A DNA stretch of 64,000 nucleotides, taken from an uncultured Veillonellaceae bacterium (lineage in GTDB: Bacteria; Bacillota; Negativicutes; JARBTT01). Position 1 is the stretch's first letter, and each line of letters starts with the position of its first letter. The notes below the pieces were generated by a model, which saw nothing but the letters and a program-made list of their open reading frames with translations, searched no databases and was not told the DNA's origin. Below are positions 51,553-60,006 of the stretch, piece after piece. The DNA is taken from the NCBI GenBank assembly GCA_963805085.1, contig CAWDTA010000002.1, forward strand, positions 1 through 64,000, in the 5' to 3' direction. The position numbers and the translations under genes are program-made.

Positions 51553-52203
51553 TCAGTCATGCAGATGTGTTGCATAATACAGACTAGACAAATAGGGCAG
51601 TATATCCCTAGCAATATCCAGTCGGCCATTGGACGAGAGATAAACAACATCGCCGTCATTCAATACATGGTTTTGACTCATATCACCGTCTTTTAACATT
51701 TTGAGCAAATTGACAGTAATCGGATGATCGGTCTGACCGTTTCGAAGGATCATCACCTTCTTTTTAGCCGCATCCTTAGTTTGACCGCCAGCCATACCAA
51801 TGGCGTCCAAAAGATTGTGCTGTTTTTCCACCTCGTACATTCCCGGTTTGACCACTTCTCCAAGGACATAAATCCGAATGGTATGAAAGCGAACAACATT
51901 CACACTAACTTTTGGATTCACAATATATTCACCCACCCCGGCAGTAATACGGTCTGTTAATTCGGTAACTGTCAACCCGCTCGCCTGTATCTCACCAACG
52001 ATTGGGAAGCTCATCGCCCCGTCCGGACGGATCAACAGTTCATTGCCTGCATCTTTGCTTTGAAACTGATCAGCATAACCCCATACGCTTACCGTTACTA
52101 CATCTCCGGGAAGTAATCGATACTCTGGTGCCGATTCAACATCAGCCATAAAACAAGCCGTCCACAAAAGTGACAATAAGGCAAAAATCAAAAACTTCTT
52201 CAC
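51553..52203 (-). CDS. Wza-like polysaccharide export protein (Poly_export + SLBB)
   Basis: YRLLPGD, IRPDG, NPKVSV, YVLGEVVKPG. Confidence 0.85.
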   Translation of the reverse strand: MKKFLIFALLSLLWTACFMADVESAPEYRLLPGDVVTVSVWGYADQFQSKDAGNELLIRPDGAMSFPIVGEIQASGLTVTELTDRITAGVGEYIVNPKVSVNVVRFHTIRIYVLGEVVKPGMYEVEKQHNLLDAIGMAGGQTKDAAKKKVMILRNGQTDHPITVNLLKMLKDGDMSQNHVLNDGDVVYLSSNGRLDIARDILPYLSSLYYATHLHD

Positions 52204-52234
52204 ACTTTGACCCCCTACAAATACTGCATGCGTT

Positions 52235-53035
52235 CTAACTTCCTGTGAGTTTTTTAAACAGCCACGTCCATAGACCGGGTGAACTAGGATAAACCAGGCT
52301 ATCAATTTCACCTGCTGTTACCTCTAAATTTTGTAAAACGTGCAGCGTGTTAATTGTAAACAGTTGCTCGGCCCGATCGACGCCAACAAGCTGGACCACT
52401 CGACAGCGTGCAGCCTGTAAATCAGGATGGCGGGTCCGGGTATTATGAGCATCCGACCCAATAAACTGGATAAGTCGATTCACCAAAAATAATTCTGCCG
52501 TTTTCTGCACCTGCTCCCCCCAACGGCCGAGAATACTCGTGCCATTCATTTGAGCAAGTATCCCTTTTTTTACCCATTCGACCAAAATCTCCGGCCATCG
52601 TGCCAACACAGTATGCCGCTCGGGATGAGCCAAAATCGGAATAATCCCCTTGGCCTGGAGTCTGAAAAAAAATTCTTCTGTATAACTGGGAATCTCCAAT
52701 GACGGCAGTTCTACTAGTAAATAGCGTCCGCCATTGATACAATAGTCACCAGGTCCATTTATTTTTTCTAAAATATCCAATTGCAATGACACCTCCGCTC
52801 CCGGATACAGTGCGACGTTAAGTCCAGTTTTTTTGGCTGCCGTCTGTAGTAATTTGCAGCGGTGAACAATATCCTGCCACATTGGCAGACAATTGCCTTT
52901 TATCACATGAGGTGTACCAATCATAATGGTTGTCTCCTTTGCTGCGGCAATGGTTAACATTTGGATGGCCGTCATCATGTCTTTTGCCCCATCATCCAAG
53001 TCCGGCAAGATATGACTGTGAATATCAATGATCAA
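52235..53035 (-). CDS. CpsB/CapC PHP-family tyrosine phosphatase
   Basis: DIHSHILP.LDDG, TPH, AHPER, GSDAH. Confidence 0.92.
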   Translation of the reverse strand: MIIDIHSHILPDLDDGAKDMMTAIQMLTIAAAKETTIMIGTPHVIKGNCLPMWQDIVHRCKLLQTAAKKTGLNVALYPGAEVSLQLDILEKINGPGDYCINGGRYLLVELPSLEIPSYTEEFFFRLQAKGIIPILAHPERHTVLARWPEILVEWVKKGILAQMNGTSILGRWGEQVQKTAELFLVNRLIQFIGSDAHNTRTRHPDLQAARCRVVQLVGVDRAEQLFTINTLHVLQNLEVTAGEIDSLVYPSSPGLWTWLFKKLTGS

Positions 53036-53127
53036 AACAGATCCTCTTTTCGTTTTTATACCATTCGACTCGGTCCATCGACGATACTCATAGCTACTCA
53101 ACATTGGTGATAATTATTCGTACTTTT

Positions 53128-53325
53128 TTACATCTGACATTTTAGTCCAAACTTTATTTGGTTATCCAACCCAAGAATTAATTTTTCCATATCAGCAGGA
53201 CTTAACTGATTAATCTCGCCCGTCCCAACATAATCACAGATAAATTGATGCACTTGAAACGAATAATATCCCATGGCGATCAATTTTTTTATTTGTTCTT
53301 GGATTTTCAAAGACTGATTACTCAT
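53128..53325 (-). CDS. Small hypothetical protein heading the EPS operon
   Basis: GGGGAGG RBS; 65 aa. Confidence 0.65.
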   Translation of the reverse strand: MSNQSLKIQEQIKKLIAMGYYSFQVHQFICDYVGTGEINQLSPADMEKLILGLDNQIKFGLKCQM

Positions 53326-53408
53326 TTGACAAACCTCCCCCTATAATTAGCAAGCATTATCTTGTCTCAGTCTTCTTACTTGGCGTTTCTCCTTGTTTCC
53401 TACTGCAC

Positions 53409-53482
53409 TTATATCGTAGCAAGTTTTAACATTTTTTGGTACTCTCTAAAGAGATAGGATCTTTCCTCTCTCTTCAGAGAGG
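53409..53482 (-). promoter_or_regulatory. EPS operon promoter with candidate response-regulator site
   Basis: TGCTACGAT extended -10 (minus) and GGTACTCTCTAAAGAGATAGG box; paralog at 54322-54396. Confidence 0.6.
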
Positions 53483-53539
53483 AAGCAAATGTTTGCTGAG
53501 ATGCAACAAAAAAACCGGGAATTTATTCTTCCCGATTCT

Positions 53540-54232
53540 CTATAATCCGCTATCCATTCTGTCCCAATCGTACATTGCTATCAAATTTGATTGAATGGCA
53601 TAAGCAATCGCTTGCCCACGATTTTCTAGGTGCAGACGTCCCATAATCTCATTCATATGATACTTTACAGTATTTCCGCTAATGTTCAGCGCTGCCGCAA
53701 TTTCCTTGTAAGTTTGTCCATGAGCGACATGGGCCAAAACCTCCTTCTGCCGAGGAGTCAGCAGATTTCCCACCTTTTCGCAATTTACAGGCACTACGAA
53801 ATTTTTATCATTCTGCCTCATAATCAACTCCTGCAACAGATGGTCGGCTAATCCCGGTGAAAAGACGATTTTTCCTCTTACCACCTCTTCCAGCATCGCC
53901 AAAAATTCTTTTGTCTCCAAGTTCTTCAGTAAAAATCCTGATACACCACTCCGAATGGCTTCAAATACCAGGTGATCCTCATCAATCAATGTCAACATCA
54001 CAATTTTCATTTCAGGAAATTTAGCTTTTATCAGACGAGTAGTCGCCAGACCATCACACCCCGAAATGTGAATGTCCATTAATACCACATCAGGTTGAAA
54101 CTTTCTTGCTGCCCTAACGGCTTCCACACCATCTTGAGCTGTACCCACTACTGTGATACCATTGATTTGAAGCAAAGCTTCCAGCGCGCTTACGAACAAT
54201 GAATGATCATCCATAAGTAATACTTTCATCAT
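53540..54232 (-). CDS. NarL/LuxR-family response regulator
   Basis: DDH, VVLMDI, GFLLK receiver; LTPRQKEVL..TVKYH HTH. Confidence 0.95.
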   Translation of the reverse strand: MMKVLLMDDHSLFVSALEALLQINGITVVGTAQDGVEAVRAARKFQPDVVLMDIHISGCDGLATTRLIKAKFPEMKIVMLTLIDEDHLVFEAIRSGVSGFLLKNLETKEFLAMLEEVVRGKIVFSPGLADHLLQELIMRQNDKNFVVPVNCEKVGNLLTPRQKEVLAHVAHGQTYKEIAAALNISGNTVKYHMNEIMGRLHLENRGQAIAYAIQSNLIAMYDWDRMDSGL

Positions 54233-54321
54233 GACTATCCTTTCCTTATCTTACTATTTTAAAAATTCACCAATGCTTCTATCACCGTCCTCTTTATCTG
54301 CTTTCCCTTGATTTCTCACAG

Positions 54322-54396
54322 TTATATCGTAACAATTTTTTCCATCTTTAGGTACTCTCTAAATAGATAGGGTATAACTATCTTTTTAGAGAGTAC
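54322..54396 (-). promoter_or_regulatory. Response-regulator promoter with palindromic operator
   Basis: TGTTACGAT -10 (minus); GTACTCTCTAAA-N21-TTTAGAGAGTAC. Confidence 0.6.
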
Positions 54397-54466
54397 ACAT
54401 TGTTCGTTACTTATACGCAATAAGATCATAAAAATATTTTCAAGTTAAAAGACCATGGGAAGGTGG

Positions 54467-54988
54467 GAAACCACTAAAAAATGACCATTTTTTAAGTCAC
54501 TAGAATATTTTTATATTTTATAATTGTTTGATGGACATTATTTTCTAAAATCCGGAGTAAATATTCGAAGAAAAAGGATACTTGAGCTACTTGCCAAAGC
54601 TGTAAGCTTGGTTTGCAGATTCATACTTATTAGACCATACCCTCAGGCACGGTCTAATCCATGAAAACGTTTCATTTCGCCATTTTTCCATTCATGGCTG
54701 GCATGTTTTTATATTTTTCCTTAAATTCGGATGTCTTTGCTGGACGACCACAATGCTTGCTGTAGTAACAACCCTCAAGTAATTTATTTATAAAACTGAA
54801 ATCTACTACTTTATCTATGTTTTTAAGTAGGTAATCATCGGATATTTTGTCATATAAAATTGAATATAAGCCTAATTGTTTCGATGTAGATTTAAGCATA
54901 CTAAAACCCCACTTCTTTAACACAGCAATATGTTTATTATACCAAAAATGGATTATATTTACTATACCTTTAGCTTTTTCAAACAGAT
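54467..54988 (-). mobile_element. Internally deleted IS1182-family element
   Basis: N-terminus MLKSTSKQLGLYSILYDKI..VDFSFI..GRPA joined to C-terminus EFKEKYK..NGEMKRFHGLDRA*GYGL; IR-like GAAACCACTAAAAA and TTTTTCAAACAG ends. Confidence 0.75.
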
Positions 54989-55191
54989 TCATCGTTCTGA
55001 ACTCAATCACAAATTCTTCCGACATCCACTTGATGTTATCTCAGTTGGCGATGTCATCGACGTGATGTTCATCAGCATTGATGCTGATAGAAACCGAATT
55101 GGGCTAAGTTTAAAGCAAGTGGAAAAGATAGATAAATAATAACAAAAGACTGTCGTCAGCAATATAATTATATCGCTGATGACAGTCTTTT
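54986..55191 (+). repeat. Direct repeat, right copy: stranded tex 3' end plus terminator
   Basis: IHRSELNHKFFRHPLDVISVGDVIDVMFISIDADRNRIGLSLKQVEKIDK* followed by the same hairpin. Confidence 0.95.
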
Positions 55192-55315
55192 GTTACGGAA
55201 AAGTAGTCTGCTCTCTGTTGATATTACATAATGACCTACGTAATATATTGGTCACCTTTCAATGCTCGATTAGTGCACAAAAATTTCCACAAAGATCATC
55301 TATCTTATTATGTTT

Positions 55316-55344
55316 CACGCCGTTGTCACCATTTGCATATACTA
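55316..55344 (+). promoter_or_regulatory. SigmaK-like promoter
   Basis: CACG-N16-CATATACTA. Confidence 0.55.
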
Positions 55345-55382
55345 GGGTGAAAGCAATTTTTTTAAAAGATGGCAATAATATT

Positions 55383-55859
55383 ATGTCATGGGATGAATGT
55401 GATGGATGGAATGAATGTCATAAGTGTCCTGTTGGACCTACAGGAGCCACAGGTGCTACAGGTGTTACAGGTACTGGGATTTCATTTGACTGCGCAGACG
55501 TGACTCCAACTATTTTAACAGCAGTTGATCCAACAGATCTCATTGCAACAGTAGCAGTTAATGTTGCTTCAACGAGCGATAACGTTTGGTTAACTGCCTA
55601 TGTAACTTGGACTCCAAGTGCTGCAAGTCCTACAATGACATTCACGATTGTGCGCGATGATGGTGTAGTAATAGCAACTGCAAGTGATACACCAGTGTCA
55701 GCCAATAGTCCAATTACCACTGCGTTGGTTGGTTGTGATGACACGCCGCTTGCAGGATCTCATTCCTACACGTTAATAGCTGCAGGGAATGGTCTCACAG
55801 GTGGGCAAACGATTACCATAAATCAAGGCACACTCACGGCGGCAGATATGGTCTCATAA
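55383..55859 (+). CDS. Short collagen-like exosporium-type protein
   Basis: Cys-rich leader, GPTGATGATGVTG triplets, beta-rich C-terminal domain; start moved to MSWDEC. Confidence 0.7.
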   Translation: MSWDECDGWNECHKCPVGPTGATGATGVTGTGISFDCADVTPTILTAVDPTDLIATVAVNVASTSDNVWLTAYVTWTPSAASPTMTFTIVRDDGVVIATASDTPVSANSPITTALVGCDDTPLAGSHSYTLIAAGNGLTGGQTITINQGTLTAADMVS

Positions 55860-55962
55860 CAAAGTTACCTCTCTAAACAAGAGTTAGGAGTCCAAACTTC
55901 CAACTCTTGTTATAATTGCAATTCAAACTTAAGCATTAAATTTAGATTAAAAATTATTATTT

Positions 55963-56523
55963 TTATTGATATAAGGTTCGGTATAAGTCAACAATCCCAA
56001 ATAAAATAAAGATTGTTGCGGCAACCCATTTTACTGTGCGTTCAGGAATTTGCTTACCTAAAACAATGCCGATGATGATACCAAACGCATCAGCAATCAT
56101 CATACCAGTCGTAGTGCCCATCCACACTGGTAAAATGCACTGAAACTGCGCCGCAAGAGAAATCGTCGCGAGTTGTGTTTTATCGCCCATCTCCGCCATA
56201 AAAAACGCAATCGCCACCGTCAAAAACGGACCACACTGTCGATCTTTATCCTCACCATCTAATTTATCACCACGGATTGTCCATAACCCAAATAAAATAA
56301 ATGAGATCGCCGCCGCAATATTGATATATTGCATTGGAATAAAATTCGTTAAATAAGCCCCTACTGCAACTGCTAAAAAATGATTAAATATCGTAGCAAT
56401 AAAAACCCCCCATATTACCGTCTGCCAACGATATTTTGTCGCAAATGCCATTGCTAATAATTGCGTTTTGTCACCCATTTCTGCTAATACTACAAAGACT
56501 AGCGAAGTTAAAAATGCTGTCAT
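55963..56523 (-). CDS. TMEM165/GDT1 (UPF0016) Mn/Ca transporter
   Basis: Two AEMGDKTQ motifs. Confidence 0.95.
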   Translation of the reverse strand: MTAFLTSLVFVVLAEMGDKTQLLAMAFATKYRWQTVIWGVFIATIFNHFLAVAVGAYLTNFIPMQYINIAAAISFILFGLWTIRGDKLDGEDKDRQCGPFLTVAIAFFMAEMGDKTQLATISLAAQFQCILPVWMGTTTGMMIADAFGIIIGIVLGKQIPERTVKWVAATIFILFGIVDLYRTLYQ

Positions 56524-56561
56524 AGATTTTCTCCCCTTATAAAATTTTTATCTATAAAAAT

Positions 56562-56696
56562 AAAAAAGCGAGACCTTTAGCGTGATAAATAAATATCACG
56601 CTAAAGGTCTCGCTTTTGATATGGCTATCAAATGAATAAACCAGATAACAAAGTTATCAGTATGTTGACTTATTCCGTTGAGCTACTCCCCTTTAG
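56562..56696 (-). promoter_or_regulatory. yybP-ykoY manganese riboswitch with terminator
   Basis: Minus strand TAAAGGGGAGTAGC..GTCAACATAC..GCGAGACCTTTAG, overlapping hairpin AGCGAGACCTTTAGCGTGATA/TATCACGCTAAAGGTCTCGCT plus T run. Confidence 0.93.
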
Positions 56697-56883
56697 TAAG
56701 GTATGAAACTTATATTAGTTTATCTGAAATAAAATTGCTTGTCAACAGTTGCCCTGACTATGGTTTTAAAATTTCTTTGATTAGAAAATTTTTCTTACTT
56801 TATTTTTACATTCTCTTTATTCATTTTCTACAATTCTTGCTATAATAGAATAATGTAAATTTTTATTCTTAGGGAGGCAATCA

Positions 56884-58926
56884 ATGAACTTACTTAAACA
56901 AACACTTTCTCGCATCACTCCACCAGACGAAGCAGCTATGCAATATGCCAGAAATCGTCTTGATACAATAACCAAGCCGCAACAAGGCTTTGGCTATTTA
57001 GAAAATATATTAATCAAATACGCTGGTATTACCGGGCAAAACATGCCCAAAGTTCCGAAAAAATGCACCATCGTTGTTTGCGCTGATCATGGCGTTGCTG
57101 AAATGGGAGTAAGTGCTTATCCCGTTGAAACAACCGTACAAATGACCAGAAACTATCTTGTCGCAAAAGGTGCTGTTGCCAATGCACTCTCCAATTTTTC
57201 CGGTGCACACATGATTGTCGTCGATATGGGGATTGCGACTTCAATGGAAGACCTACCGGGACTCATCGATCGAAAGATTGGCTATGGAACAAAAAACATG
57301 GCAAAAGGGCCTGCTATGACACGTGAGCAAGCAATTGAAGCGTTAACAACAGGTATTGAACTAGTCAATGAATACACTAAACAGGGCTATCAATGTTTCT
57401 TGCCTGGTGAGATGGGGATTGCCAATACGACCGCCAGTGCAGCCATTGTTGCAACGTTCGGCAACCTCACACCAGAACAAGCAACTGGTCGCGGTACAAA
57501 TATTTCCGACGAACGGTTAAAAGTAAAAATCGACGTTGTTCGTCAAGCACTAAAAGTAAACAAGCCCAATGCCGCTGATGGAATCGATGTTCTGGCAAAA
57601 GTCGGTGGTTTTGAACTCGGTTGTATCGCTGGTATCATGATTGGTGCAGCAGCTAACAACTGCGTGGTAATGCTCGACGGCTTTAATACTGGCGTTGCCG
57701 CTTTAATCGCCAATAGCATTTGCCCACTCGTGAGACATTACTTAATTGGTTCCCATCTCTCTGCCGAACCAGCCCACAAAAAAATGCTAGAACTCTTAGG
57801 CTTAAAACCATATATCAATATGAATTTCCGCCTTGGTGAAGCAACGGGTTCGTCGATTGCGATCAACTTCCTAGACGTTGCTATTAAAACTTATACCAAT
57901 AGTACAACCTGTAATGAAGCTAATTTCACAATAAGAACAGCGAAAAATCTTGCATTGGAAGAAGCTCGCGAGCAGTTTGAGCAAACGATTGCTAAGATAC
58001 AGCCATTAGATGCCAAATCAATGGAAACCTGTAGTCTTTATGTCGACAACCTGACCAAACCAATTCACAGTCTTGGTGCAATCGAAGATTTAGCGATTAA
58101 AAGTGCGGGTATCACCGCGAACCCAAAACCAAATAATCTGCGTAAAACAATTTTACTGTTTATGAACAATGCTGAAACTACCGGAAACAGCGTGAGTTAT
58201 CGCACTCATGATTTTAGTGCAATTCAGACCTTTGCTAAACATGCCGAGGCAGAATTACTCCTAATTGACCTTGATCTGCCAAAGGAAGTAACCGACTTAA
58301 ACAACGTCCGTAATGAATTACAAACCCCAACAATGTCACCAGAACAAATGATGCAAGCGATTGAAATGGGTATGAACATCGCGAATGAGCAAGCTAGCAA
58401 AGGCATGAATATCATCGGTCTTGGTGATAATGGAACCAGTAATCATACGCGCTCTGCTGCGATCCTATTTGCTTATACTGAGCAATCCTTTGATAACACG
58501 TCTAGTCATCAGCTAGATATAACAAATCCACTTGATGTACTGAATCAATTAGGTGATGCTGAACTAGCCGCCCTCGTAGGTGCAATCATCGCCAGTGCAA
58601 GCAATCATTGTGCGATCATTCTGGATAACTTCACCACGAGCATTGCCGCACTACTCTCTGTAAAAATCGCCCCAAAGGTCAAAGACTATCTCATCGCCTC
58701 ACAACTCTCCCCAGATCCAGCGCATAAACTAACGCTTAGCCTGCTAGATCTGCCGCTCTCTCTAAACCTAGATATGTCCATTGGGCAAGGTTGCGCAAGC
58801 GCTCTAGGCATGAAATTGCTAGATGCTAGTATGCATATGCTTAACGATATGAAAACCTTTGGACAAGCCGCAGTAGCCGTTGCTAACGATGGACCCGGCG
58901 CAGCTAGGCAAAGCAAAAATATATAA
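56884..58926 (+). CDS. cobT: Two-domain CobT-family phosphoribosyltransferase
   Basis: Domain 1 has ADHGV, GEMGIANTT, GRGT, GGFEL, RLGEATG; domain 2 (TKPIHSLG..LDNF..SIGQG) is degenerate. Confidence 0.92.
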   Translation: MNLLKQTLSRITPPDEAAMQYARNRLDTITKPQQGFGYLENILIKYAGITGQNMPKVPKKCTIVVCADHGVAEMGVSAYPVETTVQMTRNYLVAKGAVANALSNFSGAHMIVVDMGIATSMEDLPGLIDRKIGYGTKNMAKGPAMTREQAIEALTTGIELVNEYTKQGYQCFLPGEMGIANTTASAAIVATFGNLTPEQATGRGTNISDERLKVKIDVVRQALKVNKPNAADGIDVLAKVGGFELGCIAGIMIGAAANNCVVMLDGFNTGVAALIANSICPLVRHYLIGSHLSAEPAHKKMLELLGLKPYINMNFRLGEATGSSIAINFLDVAIKTYTNSTTCNEANFTIRTAKNLALEEAREQFEQTIAKIQPLDAKSMETCSLYVDNLTKPIHSLGAIEDLAIKSAGITANPKPNNLRKTILLFMNNAETTGNSVSYRTHDFSAIQTFAKHAEAELLLIDLDLPKEVTDLNNVRNELQTPTMSPEQMMQAIEMGMNIANEQASKGMNIIGLGDNGTSNHTRSAAILFAYTEQSFDNTSSHQLDITNPLDVLNQLGDAELAALVGAIIASASNHCAIILDNFTTSIAALLSVKIAPKVKDYLIASQLSPDPAHKLTLSLLDLPLSLNLDMSIGQGCASALGMKLLDASMHMLNDMKTFGQAAVAVANDGPGAARQSKNI

Positions 58927-58943
58927 AAATTGATGCTAAAAAC

Positions 58944-59097
58944 AAACAGATGAATTGCACAAGAAAAATTTTTCAACCAAGGCAATGTAGACGAATCATA
59001 CTATCTCGTAGCTTTGAAGGCTTTCTGTCTGACCGCAGGGAGTTTGAGAGATTCGTTTCTTGCCGACTTATTCTTTTTCATTGCAATTCATCTGTTT
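58944..59097. repeat. Long imperfect inverted-repeat element between convergent genes
   Basis: AAACAGATGAATTGCA / TGCAATTCATCTGTTT ends; nested GGCAA..ACGAATC / GATTCGT..TTGCC. Confidence 0.7.
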
Positions 59098-59123
59098 TAG
59101 GATAAGCTAATATTTCTCATTTC

Positions 59124-59708
59124 TTATTTTACTAATATCGCATCAATCAGCTGATCGCCTCGCTCGATGAAATCAGCTATTTTTTTGTTTAACTTTACAG
59201 CCAGCTCTTCATCATCGCGTAATAGCGAAATATTAAGCTCAGCAATTAATATCGCCCCTTGCAAAGCCGTATGACAACTCATCGCAGCAAACTGAATATC
59301 ACAAAGAATATTAGGAAGCGCTTTGGGACGCAATTTTTTTGCTGTTGCCAAAGCTTCTATACAAGCATCAGCAATCGATACTGGTACATCAATGGCTTGA
59401 AGCAACACCTCATTCCACTCCTCACTATTCCCATCAGCCCCCACTACAGTCAAGGCCGGCAAAGCCTGCTCCAATACCTCGGCATCGCGGTTAATCAAAC
59501 CTTCGAGTAACACATGCAACCGACCAAGTTCAATATTGAGTACTGCAAACTCACTACCATCAGCTTGTCCTTGACTACACAAATCGCTGGCCATCTTCAA
59601 TAAACTAACTCCTGTCAATCCGATCAAAGCCGCCCCACTACCACTCCCCGGATCCCCATTTCCCGCCAGCTTTGCAAAAAAATTATGTACACTCAAATTC
59701 GTAAGCAT
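59124..59708 (-). CDS. Cyclodeaminase/cyclohydrolase family protein (FTCD C-terminal), divergent
   Basis: F..KLA...PGSGSGAALIG, LINRDAE, VPVSIA, ELNI. Confidence 0.75.
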   Translation of the reverse strand: MLTNLSVHNFFAKLAGNGDPGSGSGAALIGLTGVSLLKMASDLCSQGQADGSEFAVLNIELGRLHVLLEGLINRDAEVLEQALPALTVVGADGNSEEWNEVLLQAIDVPVSIADACIEALATAKKLRPKALPNILCDIQFAAMSCHTALQGAILIAELNISLLRDDEELAVKLNKKIADFIERGDQLIDAILVK

Positions 59709-59750
59709 ATCTTTCCCTCCAATTCAGTCTGTAGAAAAACTATGGACAGA

Positions 59751-59885
59751 CAGGCTGCGGGTCGGCGATAAGCACTCATCTGCGCCCTCCGACAAGGTGC
59801 TGTTCGTCGACGTACGAAAGTACGACTCCTTCGCACCCCCTTACTGTTCCTAGCATCTGAGCACTTCTCACCAACCGGCAACCTA
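59751..59885. repeat. Structured element related to 27150-27270
   Basis: AAGCACTCATCTGCG..CGTACGAAAGTACG..CCTAGCATCTGAGCAC, closed by AGGCTGCGGGTCGG / CCAACCGGCAACCT. Confidence 0.65.
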
Positions 59886-59967
59886 CCTTCGTACTAGTTT
59901 ATAAGTGGAGCGGATTTAGATATTTTCTAAATCATCGACACAAATATTTTATTTTGACGACAGCCTA

Positions 59968-59996
59968 AGAGCTGTTGCTTAACGCAACAGCTCTTT
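59968..59996 (-). terminator. Terminator after fakA
   Basis: AAGAGCTGTTGC / GCAACAGCTCTT. Confidence 0.65.
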
Positions 59997-60006
59997 ATCA
60001 TTCCAC

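Noticed and set aside
54930-55139. 69 aa ORF as an independent S1 protein
   Set aside because: IS-end sequence fused to the stranded tex tail.
59693-59881. 62 aa ORF
   Set aside because: Translation of the structured repeat element.
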